A stretch of DNA of 64,000 nucleotides, from contig NC_085841.1 in NCBI RefSeq assembly GCF_035594765.1, positions 310,381,402-310,445,401 on the forward strand. The letters run 5' to 3'. Shown here in pieces: positions 46,565-60,100 of the stretch (the stretch's first letter is position 1; each line of letters starts with the position of its first letter). The DNA is from Anolis carolinensis. Lineage: Eukaryota. A program made the translations under genes and the position numbers. Below the pieces are notes generated by a model that ran no database searches, was not told the DNA's origin, and worked only from the letters and a program-made list of their open reading frames with translations.

Positions 46565-47230
46565 GGTAGTGAAGGAGTCCCCTGACATTAAGTCTAGTCA
46601 TGTCCAACTCGGGGGGGATGGTGCTCATCTCAATTTCTAAGCCAAAGAGCCAGCGTTGTCCGTAGACACCTCCAAGATCATGTGGCTGGCATGACTGCAT
46701 GGAGAGCCATTACCTTCCCACCGGAGCGGTACCTATTGATCTATTCACATTTGAATGTTTTAGAACTGCTAGGTTGGCAGCAGCTGGGACCAACAGTAGG
46801 AGCTCATCCCACTCCCTGGATTCAAACCACCGACTTTTCGGTCAGCAAGTTCAGCAGCTCAGTGGTGTAATCTGCTGTGCCACAGGGAGCTCCTTACATT
46901 AATCTAAAAGGTAAAGGTTTCCCCTGACGTTAAGTCCAGTCGTGATCAACTCTGGGGGTTGGTGCTCATCTCCATTTCTAAGCCAAAGAGCTGGCGTTGT
47001 CCATAGACACCTCCAGGTCATGTGGCCAGCATGACTGCATGGAGTGCCATTACCTTCCCGCCGGAACGGTACCTATTGATCTACTCACATTTTGCATGTT
47101 TTCGAACTGCTAGGTTGGCAGGAGCTGGGGCTAACAGCGGGCGCTCATTCCACTCCCAGGATTTGAACCTGGCACCTTTCGGTCCGCAAGTTCAGCAGCT
47201 CAGCGCTTTAACACACTGTGTCACCAGAGG
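46565..47230 (-). mobile_element. Two tandem Sauria-type SINEs
   Basis: 46565-46895 (flanked by ACATTAATCTAA duplication) and 46909-47230. Confidence 0.85.
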
Positions 47231-47699
47231 CACACTACTACACTACTGGGGGAAAAAAAATAACGGGATGTTCCCCAGACCCCCTAAAGTGAATTTTGCA
47301 AGTAACCAGCATTCAAAGTTACTATCTCAAACATCCTTTCCAAATTTGATGACAATATGCCCTCCCCAGTCCACGTTCCAGGTGGATAGCTCAATCAAGG
47401 GGCCCATTTACACTGGAATTAATGCAGTTTGATACCACTTCAACTGCTATGGTTCAGTGATATGGAATCCTAAGAGTTGTGCTTTTACAAGGCCTTTAGT
47501 TTCATCTGACATAGAGTGCTGGTGCCTCACTAAATTACAACTCCCAGGATTCTATAGCATTGAGCCATGGCAGTTAAAGTGGTGTTGAACTGCATTAATT
47601 CTAAGGTGTAGAAGTCGCATTTCACAATCCCTTTCATTTCAAGGCACACCTTTGGTTTTCAGGCAAGAGTAATACACCTGCCACTCTTGTGCTCCAACG

Positions 47700-48150
47700 C
47701 AGGGCTGAAATCTCGGGACTCAGCCTAACCGGAAGTCGGGCATACACGACGACGGCCTCCCCCGTACCTCTATGGTACTTCCGGGAGAGAGGCCCCTCTG
47801 TTTCCAGGTGAGCCTCTATGGTGCAGCTGTGGATTCCGCTCGCCGCCTTCCCCTCAGGTGAGCATGCGCGCGGGCTGAGCGTGCCCTAGCAACAGAAAGC
47901 GGGAGGCGATAGCAACCAGGATGAGGCGAATGGTGAGTCTGCGGGAAGGCTGCGGGCGGGAAGGGATCTCGGGAGGCCCGGGCGGGGCGGGAGGCGCTTG
48001 GCGAGGGAGCGGAGTCGCTGGAGAAGCCGCTGCGGGAGGGAGGAGGCCCTTTGGGGACTCGGCGGGGATGGCTGCTAGGCCGAGGGCGAAAAGGTAACCA
48101 TGGGAAAGCGGTCAAGGGGGCAGCGGAGTCTTCACCGCAGGATTATAGCG
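47700..48150 (+). promoter_or_regulatory. DNAL1 CpG-island promoter with ETS, NRF1-like and RFX motifs
   Basis: CpG-rich; CCGGAAGT 47729-47736, ACTTCCGG 47777-47784, GCATGCGC near 47862, X-box-like GTGCCCTAGCAAC 47881-47893 and GATAGCAAC 47908-47916. Confidence 0.8.
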
Positions 48151-51100
48151 GCCTGGAAGTACTTTAACTGCCTATTGAATCCTGTGATTGGTGGGTGGCT
48201 CAGATTCATAGAATTCTCCATTGAGTCAGTGCTAGGGTGCATCTAGACCAGGCACGGGCAAAATTGGACCCTCCAGGTGTTTTGGACTTCAACTCCCACA
48301 ATTCCTAACAGCCGTTATGCTGTTAGGAATTGTGGGAATTGAAGTCTGAAACACATGGAGGGCCCAAGTTTGCCCAGGTCTGATCTATATTGTAGAATCA
48401 ATGCGGTTTGAGACCCCTTTTCTAGGTAGATTCTATGACATCACTAAACTAAGAGTCCGAGGATTCCATAGCATTGAGGCATGGCAGCTGAAATGGTGTC
48501 AAACTGTGTTAATTCTACAGTGTAGATCAGGCATGGGCAAACATCGGCCCTCCAAGTGTTTTGGACTTCAACTCCCACAATTCCTAACTACCAGTAGGAA
48601 GAAACACAACCTACAAGCTATCTACAGACCCACTATGAAAATCCAACAAATCCTATTTTCAGCAAAAGACAAGACGGATCCTTTCACCTCTGCAGGAGCC
48701 TGCAGTATACCATGCAGCTATGGACAAGTCTACATAGGGACCACCAAAGGCAGCATTGCCCAAACACGAATCAAGGAACATAAAAGGCATTGCAGACTAA
48801 TCCAACCAGAGAAGTCAGCCATAGCAGAGTACTTGGTGAACCAACCTGGACATAGCATATTATTTGAGAACACAGAAACGCCAGACCAGCAACCACCATG
48901 TCTGCTACACAGAGAAGCCATTGAAATCCACAAGCATGTAGACAATTTTAACAGAGAGGAGGAAACCATGAAAATGAACAAAATCTGGCTACCAGTATTA
49001 AAAAAAACTCTAAAATCAAGGCAGTAAATAAAGAACAACATTCTGAAAACTGGAATTCCAGACAGAAAACAATCAGGGCCAGTTAACATCTCCCAACAAA
49101 AGATTCCCCCAGGCAGGAAACAACCAGGCTTCAAAGCTGCCAGGCTATTCAATGCTAATCAAGTTGGTCAATTGAAACATTCACACTTGCCTCAGGCAGA
49201 CAAGAATTCTTTCTCTCACACTGAACATTCCACAGATACATAAACCCCATTTGCCTAGTTTCCAGCACCTCGCAACCTCTGAGGATGCCTGCCATAGATG
49301 TGGGCGAAACATCAGGAGAAAATGCTTCTGGAACATGGCCATACAGCCCAGAAAACTTATAGCAACCAGCCAGTAGGCTGTTAGGAATTGTGGTAGTAGA
49401 AGTCCAAAACACCTGACAGGCCGAAGTTTGCTCACGCCTCTTGTAGATGCATCTTTACCCTGCTCTAGAAGGTGTCGAACTGCATTAATTTTGCAGAGTA
49501 GATAGAACCAGAGTCCAAACAGTTTGGAGAGAGGGAGGAATTGGAGCTTGGCTGCCTTGGGGGAAACACAAGAGCTCTGTGTGAGATTGGTTGAAATTGG
49601 CATATTGAACTGAACTCTGACGATTTGAAAAAAAGTGCTGAAAATGTTCTGAGGAAATGATGTTGCTCCACTCCTGGTGCCGTTCAGGACAAAGAAAGTG
49701 ACGGCAAAGGGCTTCCATTCATTCCCTAGATTTGCTGCTGAGGCTGGAACAACATCCTGTGTGTGTTGAAAGTGTCTAATTACAACCTCACCTCAACTAT
49801 GTAATTTTAGTCCATCCACAGCAGCCTGGTCATAATCATGAAGGCAAAATAGCATCCGGTTAGCTCCTATCCTAGGCTAGACAGGTCCCTGGTCAGACGC
49901 AGTAGTATTGTCTCTTCTTTTATATTTTTAGTGCTGATTTTCATGAGAATTGACAGATGGCTGAGATAATGCAGTGGTGCTTTGGAACAGTCATGGGCAA
50001 ACTTTGGACCTCCAGGTGTTTTGCTCTTCAACTCCAAAACACCTGAGGGGCCAAAGTTTGCCCATGCCTGCTTTAGAAACTAGCAAGTATGTTGGACCCA
50101 AGTTATTATGTACCAAAACCCATGCAAGCAAATTCATGAAATAATTTTCTGAAGTGCTTTAAAATAGCGCAAATACAGAAATTAATTAAACACACATACA
50201 CACTTTGTGAATTGGAAGATTCAGGCTGTGTTAGGGTGCATGTCTACACTACAGAATGAATGCAATTTACACCACTTTAACTGCCATGACTCAATTCTAT
50301 GAAATCTTGGGATTTATAGCTTGGTGAGGCACCAGCATTCTGGCAGAGAAGACTATAGGCCTTGTAAAACTACAGCTCCCATAATTCTATAACATTGAAC
50401 CATGGCAGGTATAGTGGTGTCAAACTGCATTATTTCTACAATATAGATGCATCCTTAGCCTGCTCCAGAAGGTTGTCTAATACTCCAGAGCAGATTTGCA
50501 GGAGTCAGAGCAGATTGTGAGGGATTGAATTGTCAAGATTGCCCCCCTCCTCTGTTTATCCAATGGAAAAACTCCAGTACAACAAAAACCTCCCACTGAC
50601 ATAAGGAATCTGTCTGTTTGCATGAGGATTGTGTTGAATCCAACCCAGTGTGGAACAGTAAGGTGGCAGCAAGTAGAATATATTCTATGGTACACTGACA
50701 AATCTGCATATTTTGCAGTAGATCAATATTTATCTCTGATTCCATTTATTTAGCAATGAGGTAAATTTGTGGTAACCCATAATATAATCTTTTTCTGGGT
50801 AGACTGCCTTGTCTCAGTTTTACTATTTAAAATAAATTTTTAGATGTAGGATTTTTTTTCATTGTAAGTGTATGCCTTTTGCACTTGCTTCTGATATGTA
50901 GATTTTTGGATTGTTTTGGAGAAAAATATTTTCTACAAATTTGGAAATCTTCCTGTACATGCTATTTGTTAACAAAGAATCTTGTTTCTCTTCAATTTGA
51001 TTGAAATATTACCTCTGTGATGACTGAAATCTGATGCAATTTGAGGTAATGGTAACTTTTTTCTACCTAGGGAAGATACTCATTTGAAGAGAGAACTTAA

Positions 51101-54100
51101 TGTTATTGCATCTTATCATCCGGGAGTGATCTGACTGCTAGAAGTCATCTTCGATAGAATGGTAAATATTTGGAACATTTTCCTAAATTCACAATCTGCA
51201 TTGGTAATCTTGACTGAAATTATTATTTCCGTAATATTGCTATGTAACTTTATTGAATATGCATTAACACGATAAATCCAAGGATATGATCCCTTTTACT
51301 TTCTTCCTTTATTTTGTATCCTTGGAAGTTTTTAATTTTACTGGAAAATCTTCCCTTTGGCTCAGTATATTTTGAACAGCACAGCACAATGCATGAATCT
51401 GCCTTGAGTTTTAATTTTTTAGGTTTTAACTTAAAGCTGCACTCAAAGGAAAACTATAGAGCTATTTCCATCTTAGATTTTAATAGCCCCTTTATTACAT
51501 CGATATCATAGCATACTGTAAATGTATTTCCATGCAATGATGAAGCTATCTCCAAATTTGTTAAGGACTAGACAGCTTAGTTTCTATTCAGCAAAGTGTC
51601 TGATGGGATTATAAAGCTAATTTACATTGCAGTGTTTTGTTTTAATTCTGTCCTCATTTCTTTGTACTTACATTATAGCTGCTCTGAGGCTATATTTTGT
51701 GTCTCTAGACTGCAGTGCTCTGTGGTTTGCAAAATATTTAATGGGAATGGGGGGAAATCAATTTTCAACTATTGATTTGAAAGTTGGTTGCACAGACAAA
51801 TGACATTCATCCTTTCTGTTTGAGAAGAAAAAGAACAAAAGTCGCCAGTCATATTAACTGGCACAGTATCTACAGTTCTCTACATGTTTTGTAGAAACTG
51901 TCAATTGTTGGATACAAGTTTTAATGTATGGTGAACAAAAATTACGAGTTGCAGACAGAGTGAGTATTGTGTTAAAATGGAAAATTCATTTTCCATCCCA
52001 TGAAACTATGAGGGGGGAAGCATGAGAAACTCAAAGCTTTCAAAAAGTGACAGTGGTATAGGCTGCACAATCAACCTCCCAGTCCTCCCAGTCCATTCTC
52101 GAGCAAAGCAATCTAAAGTCTGGTGGGGAGTATAGTGATGCACCACCTCTCTTGCAGAGTTTGTAAAAGAATTTGATAATTTTCTAGCCAGTTTAGGGAT
52201 TACAGTATGTAACACGAGTTTTGTTCCTGTGTTATAAATGTCATTTTTTAATTGGTTCTATCACAAGAACATGGGAAAAGTTTATTAAACTGCACAAAGG
52301 ATAAACATGGCATATTTTCATTAAGGAAAATTAAAAATGAAGTAACTAGACTGAAGAAAATAATACCACTACTCTCAGCCACAAAAAGGAAATTTCTGGA
52401 CTATAACAACTACTTTCAAAGTGAGTACTGCACAATTAGACAGGAAATAGCACTTCCAAACCAGGAACAGAACATTTTTCAGTTTTGATTAGTGAGATCC
52501 TCAAGCCTAGATCTCATGGAAATGAAAGGACCTTTGCTCACTAGATCAACTGCCTTCTTTGACAACAGTGTTTTGATCTTGTGGCTGGTAAATGTTTTAA
52601 AATATAATTGATGATTACAAAGCCAGAAAGCTATTAAGTTGACTCTGAATTAATCAATTAAAATGTTTCCATGTATTTATCTATTAGGCAAAGGCAACAA
52701 CTATTAAGGAAGCTCTAGCCAGATGGGTAAGTAGGTGGTGTGTATGCATGTATATATATATAAAATGGATATTTGTTAATTTTTACTAGTGGTTCACAAT
52801 AAATACATAACTCAAGCAAATCCATGTAATACAATGTTTTCACTAAAGTTGCTTGCTTTGAGGTGTTACTTCTTCTAATTTCAGTTAATATTCACATACA
52901 AGAATATGCAGAATTCTGTTCTATGCAGAGACAAATTGACTCATTGTTTGAAGGATTAGGGACAGAAACCAAGGTTTCATGCGGAGCAATTGGGTTGGTT
53001 AAGGGAAAGTTGCAAAAATGAGTATAGAAAAAAAATAATGGATTAATAGGGGAAAATATATATCCAGACATGTGTTACAGTATATTCCTTGAAGTGGGAT
53101 ATAAGCTTAGTATAGGAAATAAGCCTAGTTAAAAAATTAGAGTAGAGAAGAACAAGAAGATAAGAGTGAATTTTAGCCAGGGCAGAGAGATAGAAATTCT
53201 TAAAAGCAGAGATTAGAAGCTTGGAGTTGATACAAAGTGCAATGAAGAGCCCTTGTAAAGATCAATATAATTAAGGAAAATGTGTTTACTTCATGTTTAC
53301 TTCAATCTACTGTCTAAGTGTTTGACAGATCTTTTGCCAGCTGCCATGCCTTTTTTATATATAATTAGGCTTTTAGACTAATTGTAAGGGAACCATTCGA
53401 TTCTCTGAGGAGAAAAAAATAGGACATTTACAACTATGCTACACAATGCATCCAAAATACAGATGGGTGGGCTAGAAGTATGCTGATCATACCTTGGAAT
53501 TAGAAACATTAGAAACTCCTGCTTTGAAAGATATATGTTATATATTGACAGTGTTATGCTATTATTGTACTGGGTTTTTAAAAATATTAAATGGCTGATA
53601 ACTGAAAGTGGATGCCCAGAAGGAGAGTACTCTGTGCTGTGACTTTTTCAAATACATGTTACAAGAGAATTGAAAGCCTCAGAAACAACATATATACAAA
53701 TAACTTTATTTACAATTGTTGCTCTTATGTTCTTAATAAAAGTGCAGGTTTAAATAGATAAATAGAAGAACAATGCTTAGAAAGGTTTGTCAACTGACTG
53801 CATATATGAAAGAATGTACAGAGAATGTGAAAGTTCTGGTATCTTTTTGTGGAAATAATGGCTGTAGTTTTGTAGAGAGTTAATGCTGCCTCTCCCATTA
53901 AACCTTTTTAAAAATTCCATTGTACAGTATAGTACTTAGGGCCCTGGTGGCAAAGTGTGTTAAAGCGCTGAGCTGCTGAACTTGCGGACCAAAAGGTGCC
54001 AGGTTCAAATCCTGGGGGCGGAATGAGCGCCCGCTGTTAGCCCCAGCTCCTGCCAACCTAACAGTTCGAAAACATGCAAATGTGAGTAGATCAATAGGTA

Positions 54101-57100
54101 CCGCTCTGGTGGGAAGGTAATGGCAGTCCATGCAGTCATGCCAGCCACATGACCTTGGAGATGTCTGCGGACAACGCCAGCTCTTCAGCTTAGAAATGGA
54201 GATGAGCACTGACCCCCAAAGTCGGTCACGACTGGACTTATCGTCAGGGGAAAACCTTTACCTTTACCTACAATATAATCACAGTCCAGTTAAAGCCAAG
54301 TGATATAATCACTGGCTATGTGACCAGGAAGCTTTTCAGTCCAATCTCTTTGCAAAGTAATTGTTCAAGAGCTCTAACAAATCACAGATTGCTGTTACCG
54401 GTAAGCATAATGCCTTAAATCATCCAGTGGGTTAACAGTAATAATGAATTTACCCATATTCTAGACCTCTAGTATTTTCAAATCACTGTATGGAAAAGCA
54501 TGAAAGAAATAGGCTTCTTGAAGGGGCAGTATTAAAGTGCTTAGCATGTTTCAAGAGAGTCTGTGCAGTACTTTCTTCATCAGGGGCAAAATGGTAAAAG
54601 ATTTTATGTGTTCTGGAAATGAGTGAGATTTCTCAGTGCATTGTAATAATCTTGTCATAGATTATGTGAGCGAGCAGCAATCCAGTTTTATAAAAACCAT
54701 TCTCAATAAACATTAAATATAGCCCATGTGCAAATTATTTTACTACCAAGTGGCAATGATAACAGTTATGTTTAATAAGTAGTGTTATTTTTCATATGCA
54801 CAATTGATTGTTTATATAAAATCTATTATTTTGCTTTCTCTTTTTTCTTTAGGAAGAAAAAAATGGCCAGAAGCCATCAGAGGCCAAGGAAGTGAAGCTT
54901 TATGCCCAGATTCCTCCTATAGAGAAGATGGATGCATCTCTTTCCACACTTGTTAATTGCGAGTAGGTTCTGTACATTAGAACACAGAGGAGGATCTACC
55001 TTCTTCTTTCTGTGCTAGTACTCCTGTCCTTTTAATTTAGATTTATTGTGAAAGTGCTTTTCCTTTTTATCTTCAGTAATTTTAAGCAAGGCTTTGTGTC
55101 TCTTTGTTCCACCACATTAATTTCTTCATAAACTCAGTCCACTGCATGAATTCCCAGTTTGCAAACACTTCCTTTTCAGTCACATAATTGCCCATGTTCA
55201 CATAATTCAGACATCATTCCAAATCATAGTTATATTAATCAAAATGCTTGTAGCTTCCAAATGTACAATTTATGCTTTTAGCTACCAAATGTATAGTTTG
55301 TAGCTGCTTGCTGGTTTTTATTTTCTTTTGCTTAGATTTCCAATCTGTCTGCTGATTTCAACATCTGCTGAGTTCAGACAATGTAAAATATACTTGGAAT
55401 AAACCATGTCCACATCTTACACAAGTTCATTTTTAAATATTCTTTAAGATTCTGCTTTGCTGGTCAATCACAAATCATATATTCTAATATAGCTATCACA
55501 ACTGAACCAGATATGGGCAAACTGTCACATTCAGTCACATTTTTAAAATTCTCTGCAAGGCCCTCAGACCTTTTGCAATAATCATGCTTTGCTTTTTACA
55601 GTAATCAGCTGCAAGAGGATAGGAGGGGGAAAGAAAAGAGAATGTCAGAAAGTAAATGACAACAGGGAACACTTATTTACTTAAGGCATGATCAGACTGA
55701 AAGTCTGTTCCATAACAAGTAGCAATGGCTACTCAAAGGAAATCAGAGACATTCACAGATGATATTTCAGTTATACTCTATTAGCCAGTGTTGTGTAATG
55801 GTCTGAGTGTTGAATTAGGACACTAGGAGACTAGGGTTTGAATCCCTGTTCAGTCACGAAAACCCACTGGATGACTTTGGGTAAGTCACATTCTCTCAGC
55901 CTCAGGGGAAGGCAAGGAATTAACCCTATTTGAAGAAAGTCTGCCAAGAAACTTCCAAAATAGGCTATTCATAGAGTCACTCAACAAAAAAATTATCATC
56001 TATTTATGTCTATTAATCACATAAACTGTATATAATATCTAGTGTTAGGGGTGGTATGCTTCTCAATGCAAGTTGTTGGGGGATCACAAGCAGCAGAGTA
56101 ACATTGCTTTCCAGAAGACAGGAGCAGAATTCAAAACGATCTTGACAGACTAGAGAGATGGGCCGAAACTAACAAAATGAAGTTCAACAGGGACAAATGC
56201 AAGATACTTCACTTTGGCAGAAAAAATGGAAATCAAAGATACAGAATGGGGGACGCCTGGCTTGACAGCAGTGTGTGCGAAAAAGACCTTGGAGTCCTTG
56301 TGGACAACAAGTTAAACATGAGCCAACAATGTGATGCGGCTGCTAAAAAAGCCAATGGGATTCTGGCCTGCATCAATAGGGGAATAGCGTCTAGACCCAG
56401 GGAAGTTATGCTCCCCCTCTATTCTGCCTTGGTCAGACCACACCTGGAATACTGTGTCCAATTTTGGGCACCACAGTTGAAGGGAGATGTTGACAAGCTG
56501 GAAAACGTCCAGAGGAGGGCGACTAAAATGATTAAGGGTCTGGAGAACAAGCCCTATGAGGAGCGGCTTAAAGAGCTGGGCATGTTTAGCCTGCAGAAGA
56601 GAAGGCTGAGAGGAGACATGATAGCCATGTACAAATACGTGAAGGGAAGTCAAAGGGAGGAGGGAGCAAGCTTGTTTTCTGCTGCCCTGCAGACTAGGAC
56701 ACGGAACAATGGCTTCAAACTACAGGAAAGGAGATTCCACTTGAACATCAGGAAGAACTTCCTCACTGTGAGAGCTGTTCGACAGTGGAACTCTCTCCCC
56801 GGGGCCGTGGTGGAGGCTCCTTCTTTGGAGGCTTTTAAGCAGAGGCTGGATGGCCATCTGTCGGGGGTGCTTTGAATGCGATTTCCTGCTTCTTAGCAGG
56901 GGGTTGGACTGGATGGCCCATGTGGTCTCTTCCAACTCTACTATTATATGATTCTATATATATATGATTGCGTCCCTGTCATTCTTGTGGGTTTCCCGAT
57001 CAATTCTGGTTGACTACTTAGGAACAGGTTGTTTGGGCAGATAGGACTTTGGGCTGACCAACATGATTCTTCCTCTCTTCTTGAAAGGGAGTGTTGTCCA

Positions 57101-60100
57101 CTATTGGGGATATTTAAGCTGATATGTCTAAATTGCACATAGGTTGTTGTTCAATTTCTTATTAGTCTAATATTTTTTTCAACTACAAAATTCATCTAAT
57201 TCTGTCAATTTAGGTTTCAAATGTGTGAATATTATTGAGAATTTTTCTCTAAAGCAGTTATTTTGTGACTGATTTCAGAAACTTAGTGAATATCTGAAAG
57301 CTCTTACATGAAAGGAATTAGATATATAGTTATCAGGCAGATGTGGCATGAGGAAATATTCATTTCAAGAAGAACCGTATTGCTTCAGTAGTATTTGTGT
57401 TTCTCTTAACATGTTTTTTTCTTTTCTTTTTTATTTCAAGGAAGTTATCTTTATCTACAAACTGCATTGAAAAAATTGCCAACTTGAATGGTCTAAGTAA
57501 GTGACATATGAATAACAGTGGTCTAGCTGTTTACTTCTCTTTCCCCATGGTAGCTGCTATGAAACTATCCTGGAATCTCTGTAAGGCTAAGCCATAAGAG
57601 CCACAGCAAGACCCATGCTTGGGTATAACCACTCATCCTGTTTTAGCAGTTTCATATTATAGCAGTTTCATATTATATCCAGTATGTAATAAGTAGCAGT
57701 TGTATCAGGTGATTCCTTATATTCTGCATCAAAAGGACCAGAAGATCTTATTTTCAAAGTAGCATATGAACAGACTCTACAGTTACACTTTTTACTTCTC
57801 CTGTTTTTGACATGAAGCTAAATTAAGGATTGGAGAAACTAAACTAAAATTACTGAATGAAAGCTTAAGCTGTCCCCGATTTTGGAACTGCTAGAAAGTT
57901 ATACAGGGAAAAACAAGTTTCTAAAGACCTAGACACACTTTTCTTTCTGGCAGCCTGCTTGAAAATTGCTACTAATTCTATGGGGCAAAAATAACAGATG
58001 GTCCTCTTACAGAAAACGAGATCATAAGTGTTAGAATTAACAGAGATTCTGACATGGAAATTACAATGCATGTATTATAATATATTGATTTCTATTCATC
58101 AATTATGTAAACATCTATAGCTCTATTGCACCATGGAAATCTTTGGAAAGATGTCTGATGGTTCATCTACAATGTAGAATTAATGCAGTTTGACATCATT
58201 TTAACTCGTGGTTCAATTTGTTGAGACACCAGCAAAAAAGGCTAAAGACTGTGTAAAATTATATCCTTTTTATGGCACAGCTGGGCCAATTAATCACTCT
58301 TGGGTGTTATTTATCAGGCTTGTAAACTTACATATTGTTTAAAGGATTACTAGCGTAAAGAAATATAAGGAGCCTCCGGTGGCCTAAGGGATAAAAGCCT
58401 TGTGACTTGAAGGTTGGGTTGCTGACCTGAAAGCTGCCAGGTTCGAATCCCACCCGGGGAGAGTGCGGATGAGCTCCCTCTTTAAGCTCCAGCTCCATGC
58501 AGGGACATGAGAGAAGCCTCCCACAAGGATGGTAAAACATCAAAACATCCGGGCGTCCCCTGGGCAGTGTCCTTGCAGACAGCCAATTCTCTCACTCCAG
58601 AAGCAACTCTGGTTGCTGCTGACACGAAAAAAAGTGTAAAGAAGTAAGACAGCTATTGTTTCTGTTGCAGAAAACTTGCGGATTTTGTCGTTGGGGAGAA
58701 ACAACATAAAGAATCTAAATGGGCTGGTACGTAAGTAAGATTGCTACTGCTTATATTATTGTAGACCCAGTAAGAATCATATCTTTGCTAACAATGTTCA
58801 AAAATATAACTGTTGGTTTTTCTCAGTTTGTAACTTCCTAGGAAAAAAGAACTGTAGATGTATTCTTTTTAATATTTGTATGTGTTTCATAAGGATCCTT
58901 CGACAATTTACATCATAATACAGGAGTACAAAGCATATTTATCTGAAGCATTATTGTGTTTTAGGAAGCAGTTGGTGATACTTTAGAGGAACTTTGGATT
59001 TCCTACAACCAGATTGAGAAATTGAAAGGACTCCATGTAATGAAAAAGCTGAAAATTCTCTACATGTCCAATAATCTGGTGAAAGACTGGGGTAAGTCAG
59101 AATCATTGTGAAACATCTTGGTAATGTTTAATGAAATTTTACCAAATATTTTAGGTTAAGTAAGGAATTGTTTTCTGAAGTTACAGTAATTACATCATTT
59201 GAAAAATGTGTACTCAGCCCTTTAACACTGTTGTCCCCAAAGTGTCAGGTGTACCTCAATTAACTAAATAAGTATTTTCCTGGGGACTACTACTACAACA
59301 GAAAATTGGATACCAGAGGCAAAAATAACATGAGCAAAATAGGGAAAGAATTCTGTACAGCACAAAGAAAAACAGTTGAATATTTTTCAGCAAACTGTTA
59401 ATTAAAAAAACTAACATAATATGTATGCAAAATAAAACAACCAGGTCAAATATGATTAGCATAAGTAACCAACACATTTTTAATCTTCTAGAGACAATTT
59501 GAATGCTTTTTCCAAAGTGCATTGATGGTTTTTTACTAGCTTTTCTTACAATTTCCATTGTGTTGCCCAACCTTTTTTAACAGGCTGAGAGTAGGTGATG
59601 AAGTAGGATTATATCCCTGTACTTTTGACATTCAGACATGCTTGTTAAAGAATTCTGGAGGAAGCTGCTGTTTAACTTGCTTGCTGTAGCAAGGCACACA
59701 TAGTTACTATAGTTTTTGTCAGAGTAGAATACAACTTTTTGTTGAATTATTTACTGCAGCTACTCAACAGTGAAATGCTGTATTTTTCCATCATTCATTC
59801 ACTATTCTCCTAGTGCTGATGCAGTGAAAAAAAGCTTCCAGTTTGACAGAATGAGGGGAAAGGCTGCATGGACAGCCTTTGTAAAAATGAGCTTCTTTGT
59901 CAGAGATTTTGTTAACTTACATCTGGCTTTAAAATACTCTTGAAATCTTGCATCAATAAAAATTGCAGAACAGTAAAAGAACAAGAACAGAATTTAACTA
60001 AAATAAACCAATGTTTTATAAAATGTGTGGAATTTTAAATTAGCTTAAAAGACAAGAATAGTGCTAAGTGGGTATTTCATGGGAGACTGTCCCCAGACAG

